Made by a program: the position numbers and the translations under genes. Shown here one piece after another: positions 1 to 12,300 of a DNA stretch of 64,000 bases. The stretch's first letter is position 1. Each line of letters begins with the position of its first letter. The notes beneath the pieces were generated by a model. The model made no database searches. It saw only the letters and a program-made list of their open reading frames with translations, and was not told where the DNA came from. Source of the DNA: Podarcis vaucheri (Eukaryota); the NCBI GenBank assembly GCA_965113315.1, contig CBCOUM010000020.1; one strand, written 5' to 3'.

Positions 1-122
1 TGTGGGAGACTACACGGGGAGGAGGAAGCAGTCTGCATTGTATTTGTACGTTATCTAGTTACTGCAATATTACTATTCATTCATATAAACTAAATATTAA
101 ACCAAATACTCCTGTTTTGCAG

Positions 123-403
123 ATACGATCCTGAACATATCTGCAATGGATCTGATAACGCCGGGCGCTATGCTTATAATAAGCAACCAGAGATTTGTAA
201 GTGGAACCTAGGCAAGCTTGCTGAAGCCTTAGTCCCAGAACTTCCATTGGAAATCAGTATACCCCTCCTGGAAGAAGAATATGAAGCAGAATTTGAGAGG
301 CATTATTTGCAAACAATGAGAAAAAAGCTAGGATTAATTCAGCTCCAGTTGGATGATGATAATAAATTGGTTTCTGATTTATTGGAAACTATGCGGGTCA
401 CAG
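123..403 (+). CDS. SELENOO: Selenoprotein O, internal coding exon (gene starts upstream of window)
   Basis: AG/GT flanked; translates YDPEHICNGSDNAGRYAYNKQPEICKWNLGKLAEAL...LLETMRVT, typical SelO (YdiU family pseudokinase/AMPylase) sequence. Confidence 0.95.
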
Positions 404-591
404 GTTAGTGTGAATTGTATATTAATATTTAAAATAACAAAGTATAATTCATGTGATGTTCCGCATAAAACAATTCAAATCATATACATTAATACTCTGA
501 AATTAATGACATAATGCCAATACATGATAAAAGAGTTTGAACTGAATTATATAAACAGCTGAATAACATTCCCATTAAATCTGTTTCGTAG

Positions 592-742
592 GTGCAGATT
601 TTACAAATACTTTCCGCTTGCTGAGCTCTTTCCCAGCAGATTCTGATCCTTTAAACCTGGAAGAGTTCTTAGATAAGATTTCAAAGCAGTGTGCATCTTT
701 GGAAGAACTGAAAGTTGCATACAAGCCTCAAATGGACCCCAG
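592..742 (+). CDS. SELENOO: Selenoprotein O coding exon
   Basis: GADFTNTFRLLSSFP...CASLEELKVAYKPQMDPR; AG/GT and phase consistent with neighbours. Confidence 0.95.
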
Positions 743-1832
743 GTATACTGAGCTGTGATATTGTGCAAAGTTCCTGTGTGTTTTAGGATTAGAGGAAATA
801 ATAGATTGACAGTTTATATGTTTGACAGGTTGCATGTGGACAGTAACAGATAATTTATTTTTTGTTTTCTGCAAGTTTTTAGTTCCAGATTAATGTGCTA
901 GTAGTTCTAATCTGGAAAACTGGAGATTTGTATTTCAACTTCTGGATGCATTTCTTAGTTAAGTGACAGGCATGCTTTTATTATGTTTTGGGTATGTTGA
1001 GTTCTATGCCATAGTGTACTTCAGTCTAAAAACTAAAAAAAAAAGGATGAAAGAATGCTTTTTGAGAATCAGACTGCAGGCAATTAAATGCTGGAAATTG
1101 ATTGTATTTGTTGGGTATCATCCTATTATATTACATTTGAGATCTAGGAATACAGCACTGATGTGTAGCTGCAATATTTGGATCTAAAATGACCACTAAT
1201 TTAGCTTTTGTCATGTTCCTGTTTTCTTTTTCTTTTTTAATGAATATTTCCATAACATTAAATAATAGTATAAAATACAGCAATACAATACCAAGCACTC
1301 ATGTAGTTCCTGTCAATCTGTTGCATATTTCATTGTTTATTTTCCTGTTTTCAGACACAGGCAACTTTTTACATTTAGAGTAAGGGAAACGGTTTCTCTT
1401 TCCCTGCTCTCATGATGGTTTTTGCTCATGGTCCTTCTGTCAAGAACTAACATAAATAATGGTTGCTTTAGTAATATGCACATATGGAAGTTTATGTGGC
1501 ATGCAAAACATTCCATGTATAATTAGATTTTTAAAAACTTACTTTACAAACAGAATATAGGAATTTATCAATAATTTTAAAGGGTTTAGTACACACAATC
1601 TGCCTGAACAAAGCTGTTCATGACATTGTTACTATGAAACAATTTAGCAGTAGCAAGTTTGTGCTAGGAGACAGATCTATTGAGACAAAATCTCTGAAGT
1701 CCATGTTGTTAATAACCAAGGGATGTGTTCCCTCCTGATTATGGTGCACTCACAATGTTTCTAGGCTGGGTTTTCAATGTTCATCCAACATTATCCAGAT
1801 TGCACATGAATCCTATACTTTGTTATAAAATA

Positions 1833-2074
1833 CAGTGGTACCTCGAGTTAAGTACTTCATTTGTTCCGGAGGTCCGTTCTTAACCTGAAACTGTTCTTAA
1901 CCTGAAGCACCACTTTAGCTAATGGGGCCTCCTGCTGCCGCCGCGCCGCCAGAGCCCGATTTCTGTTCTTATCCTGAAGCAAAGTTCTTAACCTGAGGCA
2001 CTATTTCTGGGTTAGCGGAGTCCGTAACCTGAAGCGTATGTAACCCGAAGCATATGTAACCCAAGGTACCACTG
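1833..2074. mobile_element. Tc1/mariner-pogo (Tigger-like) MITE
   Basis: TIRs CAGTGGTACCTCG.../...CCAAGGTACCACTG, flanking TA. Confidence 0.85.
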
Positions 2075-2220
2075 TACTATTGTTTGATGCATGATTTCTC
2101 AAGCCAGCTTCACACCAGTTGGAGTCTTGAAGCCTTTCCTAATTCATATACAGGCAAGGTATTTCACTGTTTTCTACGAACGATATCATAACATTGGTAT
2201 TATGAGGAGTTCCAATAGTG

Positions 2221-2409
2221 CAGGGGTGCCCAAACTTTTTTCAAAGAGGGCCAGATTTGATGAAGTGAATATGCGTGAGGGCCAGCTGAAATTGTTGAGC
2301 TTTTCTTAGGATTTAGGATTTTCCCCCAGGACATATAGTGCCACGGGGGCCAGATTAAATCGACCAGCGGGCCATATTGGGCCCCTGAGACAGACTTTGG
2401 AGATGCCTG
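2221..2409. mobile_element. hAT-type MITE
   Basis: CAGGGGTGCCCAAA...TTTGGAGATGCCTG termini; near-perfect 8-bp TSD CAATAGTG/CAGTAGTG. Confidence 0.75.
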
Positions 2410-2895
2410 CAGTAGTGCATGGTGATTTACTGATTACATAGTGGAGGGAAATTCTGGTGTTGTCATCTTCATGCATTTCCATGAGTTTCTCTGATTCTTT
2501 TTCCAAATAGGCTGACTCAACACAGAGAAGCCACCAATTCCTAAACAATTAAGACAAAGTTGTAATCTGACAAAACCTGCTTTATTAGCTGCATTTTTTA
2601 ATGTCTTTATATTTTGCCAGTAATGAGAGAGATGTTTTTCAACACTCTTCAGAAAAGTGAATAATTTTTCATTTTTTTTCATTCATTATATTTGTATACC
2701 GCTTTTCTACCCCCTCCCAAAAAAATGGTGATCAAAGCAGCTTCCAACATAGAAACAGGGATGTATTTCAAACAAACACTGCAAATACAATTTCATAAGA
2801 ACATAGCAAAACATGGCAACAATTTCATCAGAATATAGCAAAACGAAAACATAATAACATACAAAAATAACACATTTCAGTACTATATATATATA

Positions 2896-3241
2896 CAGTG
2901 GTGCCCTGCAAGACGAACGCCTCGCAAGACGGAAAACCCGCTAGATGAAAGGGTTTTCCGTTTTGGAGGCGCTTCGCAAAACGAATTTCCCTATGGGGCT
3001 GCTTCGCAAGACGAAAAAATCTTGCGCGTCCCCGCGGGTTTTTTTCGCTCTCCCCCCTTTTCCTAAGCCGCCTATCAGCTGTTCCGCTGAAAAACCCGCT
3101 TAACAGCTGATCACGGAAAGCCGCTAGACCGCTGTAGCGCTAATCCACTAGGCTGTCAATGGGCTTGCTTCGCAAGACGAAAAAACCGCTAGACGAAGAG
3201 AATCGCGGAACGGATTCTTTTCGTCTTGCGAGGCACCGCTG
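2896..3241. mobile_element. Tigger-like MITE (same family as 38547-38880)
   Basis: TIRs CAGTGGTGCCCTGCAAGACGAA/TTCGTCTTGCGAGGCACCGCTG, TA TSD, internal GCTTCGCAAGACG repeats. Confidence 0.85.
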
Positions 3242-3499
3242 TATAAAATACAAGATTATATAAACAACATAACAGCAGCATCCAGTAGCAAAAATAACAA
3301 GGGAGCTTCACAGTTTCACCATAGTCCTAGAAACCCCTCACATGATGTTGCTCTCCTGCAGCAGCTCTCCTCCTTCTTCCAAGGCCAAAGGGTAGGGTAG
3401 CTGGAAACAGCCTTCCCATGAAGCACTCCAGTGGCACTCTGCACATGTTGTTGTTCAGTCTGATATTTATACATCTAGCAAGTCTCCAAAGGTTGCTAC

Positions 3500-4400
3500 T
3501 GCTTCATTGTTGCTTCTGAGTTGCATTGTATTGGTGCCTGTCCACCTTTAATTAAGGTTGCGTTAGTGCCAAGTAGAAATAAGGGACAATCAACATTTCA
3601 AATTGGTGTGTCTGGTAATAGGCTTTGTGTCTTGAATTCTGTTCATTTTTACTAGGACAATGGTGTGTTGCATCACTGAGTTCCACCTGTTACCCAGTTA
3701 AGAATGTTACTGTCCTTTTAACTGCAGACAATGATCTGAATGTCAAGGCATTGTTTGCCATTGTGTCACAGAACCCGATGCTATCGTTGTTCGTTCTCTT
3801 TGCAAAGCCTTGTTTTGACAAAGACATTTAATGGTTGTTGTCTTAAAATCTTAGTACGCAGAAGTGAGTTCAGAACAACTAACACAACTAAAAGCTTATT
3901 TCCATTTGTCCTGCGGAGTAGCTGGAGTGAAATTGGAGACTCTTTGCTGTAGGTCCCACTTTCTCATAGTTAGTTGTGGTGATGCCAGTGATACTTGCTG
4001 TTTTGCCAACAGCATTTCAACCATATTTGACTGTCAGGATCCAATTTACACTGAGACTTCTTGACTAGAAAATTACCCTTTCTGATGTCCTCTTTAATTT
4101 CATCCAGTACCTGGCAAATGTCACAGGTGTATGGTTCTCCAGCATGAAAAGTAATATGATAAAATAATAAGTAATAATAAATGATACATAAGTAATATGA
4201 TAAAAAGAAGGGTGACATTGCTTGGAAATAATCGAGACATTAAGTTCCTCCTTGTGCTTGTTCATATATGCCCACCATAACAAAAAAATTAAAAAAGACA
4301 TTGTCCATTATGAAAGAATGTATTGTCCTTTAAGTCTGGATCACTAGCTACATATGAGATTAAACTGTTCACATCACCACATGCAACTATTTTAGCCTTT
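3500..4400 (-). mobile_element. Highly decayed non-LTR retrotransposon fragment (APE/RT remnants)
   Basis: Minus-strand peptides IVACGDVNS and DNTFFH (APE-like) and KQGFAKRTNNDSI (RT domain-2-like) in the expected order, broken by stops. Confidence 0.35.
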
Positions 4401-5090
4401 AATCTGTGTTGTTTTTTTAAATTTAAAAATGCCGTAAAATAACTACACACAAATTCAATACAGCAGACAATACAGCACAAAGCAATACATAGTGTAACTT
4501 TTAGTCTTTAATCATCAAGTTAAATGAAGTTCCACAACTGGAACATTATTGTCAACATATTTTGGAATGTGTACTTGTTCACCCTCACACCTCCGGCATA
4601 CCATTTGCCTAATACCACCTCACTTATTATTAAATTTGCACTACAGTGAGAACCATATAAACTAGCCATCAAAAATAGCATTGAGCTGAAAGTTAAAGGA
4701 TAATATGTGGGGGAGTTCACGTTTTAAAAAACATTTTCTGTTGCTTTCTATTAATTAGCTTTTAATTGATTTCCAGCATTATTCTCTTTGTTGACTGCTT
4801 TACTGTTTCGTTCTTAGTGGAAACATGCTGCCCTTGTGCATGTTTAGCGATTTCAGGCGGTAAAGACAGAAATTCACCCTGGCATTCAGCAGAGTTGCGC
4901 AGCTGAAATGTATGACAAAACATGTCTGCTAATTTTTTTTCAAAATTCCCCTTAGAAGTCAAATATTTTGTCTGTACCCTTATAATTCACAATTTAAGGA
5001 ATTGTATGTTTTTTAAGCATAACTTAACACACAACTCACAGTAACTGATTTCTGATAGTCTTCCATTTCACCCCTTCCCCTTTTTTCTAG

Positions 5091-5276
5091 ACAGCTTTCA
5101 ATGATGCTGATGTTAGCCCAGTCTAACCCACAACTTTTTGCCTTAATTGGGACAAAATCTAACATAAATAAAGAACTGGAACGCATAGAGCAATTTTCTA
5201 AGCTACAGCAGTTATCAGCATCTGAACTGGTTAGTAGAAATAAAGGACACTGGAAAGATTGGCTTCAGAACTACAG
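5091..5276 (+). CDS. SELENOO: Selenoprotein O coding exon
   Basis: QLSMMLMLAQSNPQLFALIGTKSNINKELERIEQ...HWKDWLQNY; polypyrimidine+AG, GTGAGA donor. Confidence 0.95.
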
Positions 5277-5632
5277 GTGAGACTAATGGTTATGTACCAA
5301 ATATATTTCTATTTCTGTATATTTCTATATGCTATTAATACATATGTGCATAAATGTTTGTTGTAAAGGATTTGGCTATGAGTGCATGGAAGCACCCTAA
5401 GGGTTTCATATTGCAGCATTTGTTATCAGTATATATTCCAAATAAGATCTTTAAAATTGTCTTCTTGAAATGAATTGTTTGTATTGGCCGTTTTCAGGAT
5501 GAACTCTCAGCATTGTGCTCTGGATGTCCTATCAGAGTGCCTTTTTAGACCTGTCCTCTTAAATGATTCTTCGTTGTATGTTCCTGAGTCTCAGGATTGT
5601 GACAAAAGCAGTGTGTTTGTTAGTTTGTTTAA

Positions 5633-5985
<353 letters not shown>

Positions 5986-6122
5986 AGCTAAATGTTGCAA
6001 AACAAAAAATTGAGAGGTATTCATCAGATATGGAATCCCCAAACTTTGGCTTCCCCTGGGGACAAAAATAATAAAAATACAGTTGAGGTTTGGCAGTAAT
6101 AATTGTACTCCTCCTTTTCCAG

Positions 6123-6320
6123 GTAAGGAAAGTTTTGAGGCTCCTAGAAAAGCCATATGAAGAAGACTTGGAATGCTACAATGAGGCAACTGAGGATCCT
6201 GAAGTAGAAGAAGTGGGGGCTGCCGCTGCTGAGTGCAGTTCAGCATCCAGGAGAAGAGTTCCCTATAGCAGTAAACCTCCACTCTGGGCTTCCGAGCTCT
6301 GTGTTACATGATCTTCCTAA
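6123..6320 (+). CDS. SELENOO: Selenoprotein O last coding exon; TGA 6309-6311 read as selenocysteine, true stop TAA 6318-6320
   Basis: VRKVLRLLEKPY...YSSKPPLWASELCVT-TGA-TCT-TCC-TAA = CVTUSS, the known vertebrate SelO C-terminus. Confidence 0.95.
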
Positions 6321-6594
6321 CTGCCTTGTTTGTATTTTCCACAAAGGGATAGTGATCTTCCCGAGTGGAGAGTGTAGCAAGGTGTATGTATAGAAGTGCT
6401 ATTAAGTCTCAAACAGATGGGTCGGATGTCTTCACAGTCTCACTTGAGCCATATTCTTTTTACAACTTGCAACCATCACAACTGTCCACGCACACTGCTG
6501 AAAGACAGACCAAAGTTTTATCTTTTATTCATCGCAAAGTGCAGTTATATTTTTTCCGCCCTGATCTGTGAACATCCAAGTGAAATCTGTGTTT

Positions 6595-6642
6595 GTGAAG
6601 ACAAAAATAGCAATCCAGATGCTGGAATTATTTTTGTCTGAA
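6595..6642 (+). promoter_or_regulatory. SECIS element (type II) in SELENOO 3' UTR
   Basis: GTGAA core, 11-bp helix II GACAAAAATAG/TTATTTTTGTC, unpaired AA (6612-6613), apical mini-stem TCCAG-ATG-CTGGA, 3' TGAA completing the GA/GA quartet. Confidence 0.9.
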
Positions 6643-7553
6643 AATGAACTAATAGTACTTGCTGGCAATATATTTGTAACGTTTTTTATTATTATGCAGG
6701 GATATCTCTCAATGGGGAGAGGGTTTAAGCTCATCATTGCTTATTCTAAGCTATGTTTCATTTAATTGCGTAGTTCATTTATTGTGAACCTTTGTGTTTA
6801 AATCAGGTTTTTAGAGAAATTAGTTTTGGGTCGTAGGGAAAAGGTGATGGTGTATATTTTAAAAAATTGAATGAAGAAGAAAACTAGTTTCAGTGTAAAT
6901 GATTTACATATAGTGGCCTGATTTCAGTTAGGGTCATAACCATGCTAAAGCATATGGTTCAAGACTCTATTCTGGGTCTGTGCGTGCAGTTTGAGTTACT
7001 GGATCAGGAATAGTTAATGCAATCCCACAAAAAGAGGCTCCAACCAGTTGTTGGAATAGTGGGGAAACAATTTCCCTCTGCCTCCTGTAGGTGTTCAGCA
7101 TTGACAGTAGAGAGCATGAGTCAACAGGTTAATTTTTGCCAAAATGTATAATGTATAAATTGCTTTGTATTTGAACAATGCCTTCAAATGACGTATGCTT
7201 TCACTCTTGCATCTCAGATAACCTATTTATTTCCTATGTAAACAACTTTGCTACCTCATGGAAAGTCTTCCGTTCTCGCGCATTTTGCCTTTTGTGGCAA
7301 TTGAGTTATATTTTAACTTTAGCTTATTTCAGCTTCAGCGAAACAGCTGCATGAAAACATGGCTGTTCTTCAGAGGTGTGTTAAAAGAGGTTTTGCTCCA
7401 ATATATCCTGAGGGCTGTGACTGTAGTCCCAAGGACTGTTCTTTACAGTTAGTATCCCTTTAAAATCAGTAGGAATGTACTGGAGTGTCAACGAACCTCT
7501 CACATATCGTGATCTTTCTGCCTTATAATGTAAACGTAGACTAGCAGTTGGAA

Positions 7554-7977
7554 AATAAAAATACATTGATGTGAGTTATTGACAAATGGCAGGCGCAGGA
7601 ATTTTTGCAAACAACTGCTATACTTTTCTTGCTTTTAATTTAGAGTTCTGTACACACAAATGAATAGGGCTATTATTAATTGGTCTTGCTGTTAGCAGAT
7701 CTTAACTGTGGCTTCTAAGGATCTTATGTAGAGTTTTAAATTTAAAAAACAGTGCTCAGCTCAGCTGTTGTAAATGGAATACCTGTTGCCCACAATCAAA
7801 ATTACTTACTTTTTATCCAGTTTTATCAATAAAAACACGCCACATGAATGTTTTTTATGATACTTTTAAGTATTGCACTCTATACCTTTTGAAGGATGTT
7901 GTGGACATTTCCTCATTCTGCAAATAATAGGAAAAATCTTAAATCTATTATGCTGAGCTGTGTTCATTGAAAATAAA
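7554..7977 (+). terminator. Candidate SELENOO polyadenylation signals
   Basis: AATAAA at 7554, 7828 and 7972 in AT-rich UTR-like sequence; which one is used cannot be determined. Confidence 0.45.
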
Positions 7978-8456
7978 TTATTTTGACCATGCTTATATTA
8001 AAAGTTTGTACCGTGTTATTTTTAGACTAAGAAATCCGAGAAATGATTAAAATGTTCACTACTCACAGTCATGATATTTCTGAAAAATCCAATGCTGAAG
8101 TTTCTGGATCTTTGTTAATTACTTATTTACTGTATTTCACCCCACTTTTCAGAGGATTGTCTCCCAAAAAAGGCTTGTGTCGTTTTTTTTAGAGAGAGAA
8201 AGATAGGCACTGACAATCAGGCTCACAATGACATGCAGGAAAAGAGAGAAGATGGGAAGAGAGCATTTCTATAGGTGGTGAGTTATGAATGGGTGTTTAT
8301 ATGCAGTTGGGGTCAGGCTGATCTTCCCTTGTTGGCATTTTTGCCAGCATAGCAGTTGCCTCTTTTCTTTTCCCCAATGGAGGCCCTTTCCCCTTTGCTT
8401 CTGCAGTCCAGATGCAATGAAATACAATTGGACATCAGCATTAAAATATCAGTAAT

Positions 8457-9352
8457 TGATACGGAAAGGAAGGGGGGGGCTCCTTTCCCCCTTCCTTCTA
8501 GGAACATCCGAGGCCCCGCTTATTCCTATGGCCCCGCTTTAGCCAATCACAGCCATGCATTCGTCCTGCAGAAGCTAGCTCAGGGAGCTCCTGCACGCCT
8601 CATTTCACCCCTGACAAGCTGCTGACGGCCCCCCACGGCGAGAACAGTGGATCCGAAACCAGGGACCTCCTGTTACAATGTATCCATTCTGTTTCTGCTT
8701 TTGCCCTATAGTACAGAAGGGGTTTGAAATCATTGAAATCTTTAGAAATTGATATAAAATCAACCGTAACTCCGATTTCTTCGCTCTCAGTGTCATTCAA
8801 CTCAGTTCCCCGTGGACTCCATGATGCTATCCCTACTTCCATAATCCCCAAAGCGGCAGGTCACGTACGCAGGAACTTCTTAATTCGCCAAACCTTCCCT
8901 TTAGGCAATATTAGGTGGCAGACGATGCATATCTCTGACCCATTGTCTTGTCACCACCGGTACTCAATAAATGTGTATCTATGTATATTTGCCGCTCCAC
9001 ATATCCCCCCTCCCTCATCCGAAAATGCTAATTAATGTAATCCCACCTTTTCATAATGTATTCATGACGTGTAAAGTATATTCATGATGTAACTTGTGAA
9101 ACCCAACCTTCCCATAATGTATTCGTGACGTTTCATGCACTGTATTCTGGGATATGGAGGGAAATTTCAAAAGTTCATGTCACCCCTTTCTCTGGGTTCA
9201 ATCTCGCCTTGAACCTGTTGCGCAATAAACTTGGATCTTCTGCAGTTTGCTCCTGTGTCCGGCTGAGCTCATTTTCTTCCGCAGGGACCCACGGACTTAG
9301 TCCGATGAGCTGGGTGGCAGAGTAACCCCGCACCCAGATTTTAGCCGTAACA
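8457..9352 (+). repeat. 5' LTR
   Basis: TGATACGG...CCGTAACA; CCAAT at about 8543, TATAAAA 8753, AATAAA 8966 and 9224; direct repeat of 14755-15650. Confidence 0.95.
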
Positions 9353-9354
9353 GT

Positions 9355-9373
9355 TGGCTGCCCAACGTGGGGC
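9355..9373 (+). promoter_or_regulatory. Primer binding site complementary to tRNA-Lys(CUU), with 1-nt insertion
   Basis: TGGCtGCCCAACGTGGGGC vs canonical Lys1,2 PBS TGGCGCCCAACGTGGGGC, 2 nt after LTR end. Confidence 0.9.
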
Positions 9374-12300
9374 TTGCGGTTCTCCCGAGCTGCTGACTGG
9401 GGGCCCCGAAATCTTCAGCCGGCTCCGGGCCATTTTGCCTGGGAAGATCCTTTTGGACCCCCAGCCATCTTCTGGGCGGTAATCGAAAGCCCTAGGAGTT
9501 CAGCCGGGGAGCAAAGAGGGATCCAGCCGGCTTATTCATCGATCCCGGGATCATCATAGAAGACGCGTGAGTATAAGGAAAAAGGAAAATCCAGTGCACT
9601 GGTGGGAAGGGGGTGGAAGTCTCCTGGCAACTGAATTCTCTGCCCTCCTCTCTATCGCTCCTTCTTGCCTTTCTCTTGGTCCGGTTAGTGAGAGAGACCG
9701 TGGACCGCTGCTCAACCCGAAAGGGGGGTTCTGAGCTCTATCTCTTTTCCTTAAAATCTCCAGCCAGCCGCACCAATTGGGAGTCCGAAAGTAAGACGGT
9801 GAGACCCGGCTTGGAAAGACAGCCGACTTTCCGCAACGGGCATCCCAGTTGAAAGCAAGGGGTTGGAGCTCTCTTTCCGAACTTCCCGAGCGCCCTTACG
9901 GAGGGGGCAGGAAGGGGTCTGGCTTTCTATCCCAATCCCAGCCGCACTGGTCGGTGCCACGTAACCGTGCGTGAGCCCGCTTCCAAAAGCAAGGGGGATT
10001 TTCAGTTCGAAATTCTATCCAGGGACCACCTGATCTGGCACTGCATGGCGCGGGCGTCCAGTAGGGCCCCTTTTCCTGAGATGTGACGATAGGTAGGAGG
10101 TTGCCAGGAGGGATAGCCCATGAGGAATTGGGCAGGACCGGCAGAGTGGAAAGAGACCCCAGGTTATAGGAAATAAGGAAATAAGGAAATAGGAAATGGA
10201 ACGCAAGGAACCGGATAGCTAGAGCTCTCTAAAACCCACTAAGGAAGTTGCCAGGCAACTAGAAGCCCCTTCTCCTCTTTACTATACGTCCCTGTACTAA
10301 GCGTACCAAACCCCTAGACATACCAATCCTAATCAACCCCTCTTTTTTCCCCTTCTCTATCCCAGACACCCCCCCCCCAAAAAAAAGGAAAAAGCAAAAA
10401 AGCAACAACAGCAACGCATGCATCTATAAAGGGGTACCCAGTCAACCAAGCGTTGTGAGCCCTACCAGTCTGATTACCTGGTGGTGTGTTTGAAGAGGCA
10501 AGGAGGCTCATAAAACCATGTGGGACCTTCCTACTAATTTCACTTAATGAAGCCAAAGGTAGTGGCCCATCTCCTTGCAATAACCAACTAAAGGATGAGA
10601 ATATATATGTTTACATGTTGTCTGTTATGTGTGTTGTCTGTTAATACATATATGAGAATATGTATGTTTACATGTTGTCCGTTATGTGTGTTGTCTGTTC
10701 CTTCTGTCTCTGGCAGACTGCCTTTCTTAAGTGTGCATAGTTTAAACTGCAAGCTTGCTTCAAAATTTAAATCTAAGGAAGTCATGCTGGATCTTAGCAG
10801 TCCTAAATAAGAGAAAATGAGAATGAAGTGTGCAAATGTTTACCCCACCTCTTGCTTTGCCCCAACTTTTGAGATTGCGAGTCTACAGTCTTATTTTGGA
10901 AGGTGCTGATAACCTAATGTTTCTGCTGCAAAAGCCTAGTTGAGCCAACTGCTCTCAAGCTAAAATGCAGTGTATGTATTTCATTAAGCATATGCCTATG
11001 AAAGTATGGTGTTCCTTCTAAGAAAATATCTGAGTCCAGTTTTAACTTTGATTTGGTTGGACAGAAGAGTTATTGTAAGGCTCCTGATATCAGTCTCTAT
11101 AAGACTTCCTGGCCTCTTTTCTTAGAAAATGCCCCCCCCCCCTTGTTTCATTCTGTCTCTTTCAGGGGTTTTTTTCCCCCTCCTTCTCCTTCTTATTCTG
11201 TGCCAGGTAAATTTACTCCTGAGTAAGCTTCCTTTAAAGGAAACTGCAAGGGGGGGGGCATAGATTAGGCTTACTATTGCTCTGCAAGTTCAACAAAATT
11301 GTCAAATCTATGGCTGTTGTAAATATTTGTGAGTGGTTATATCAATTGAATTAACTTTGCTTTATAAACGATCCTATCCCTATCTTAGGAAAAATGTTAA
11401 CTTCAATCTTCCTTTAAAGATAATTTCTATAGGTATGTGTGTGTTTCTAGTAGTACAAATCTTGCTATGAACCCTGTATTTTAGGGTTGGACTAGATGAC
11501 CCCAGGTCCCTTTCAACTTTCCCAATTTGTGGCTGATGAGTTGAAATTCAGCCCAGGTTGGCTCTTTGTTTTTTAAAAGGTGTGATGAGAGGTGAAAGCC
11601 ATGATGTTTGAAGCAGAACTGGTGATATCAAGCATTTAAGTGATTACAGTGTTTATCATTTTGTCTATTATTTACAAAAATCAGACTTAAAAGTCTACTC
11701 AAAGTTTAAGCACATACAAATGGATAATCAAGTAGAATTAGCCTTGACCAATCCATTTGTCTGCAAATGGTAAGGCCGAAATGACTGAGAATGTTTAAAA
11801 AAAAAAAAAAATTCCTATGAATTCTAACTCTCTGGCCATTTTTTACTCATAAATAAGAGAGCGGTTGATTGTTCCGTGAATGGCCAGAGGGATATTAGCC
11901 CTTTCCTGTACATAAAGGAAGCAGTCCCGTTTGCTTGGGCCGAAATCGCTAGCTTTGGTAAATACTTAAATTGCTGAGTTTCTCTTTTTTGTTTAAAATC
12001 AAACCCTGTTTTCAAAATCTACTCCATACCCTTCCCTTCCCTTATTCAAATGTTAATTTAGCCAAAGGATGCAACATTTTCAATAGTACAAAAGGTTTGC
12101 TGAGACATGAACTCTGCACATGCACAGAGGCTAGATCAGCTAAAGAAGAGAGAGAGAGAGGACGGGGGGGGGACTGTAAGGAGGGAGAGGAGGTTTCTTC
12201 CAAATGTAAAAGAAAAGTCAGAACCATTGAGGGAAATCACCCTTAATCTGTCTTTGCTCCAGGGGCTACTTAAGACAAAAGGCTACAAAAAAAAAAAAAA

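Noticed and set aside
3700-3755. VLLTADNDLNVKAL resembling a PIN-domain motif
   Set aside because: Isolated, no flanking domain or splice sites; region is better explained as a decayed LINE on the opposite strand
6309-6311. TGA as the SELENOO stop codon (as in the ORF track)
   Set aside because: CVT-U-SS context and a downstream SECIS show it is selenocysteine
8600-9325. Duplicated 63-103 aa ORFs (also 14898-15623) as duplicated small genes
   Set aside because: They lie wholly inside the two LTRs, use non-ATG starts and resemble no protein
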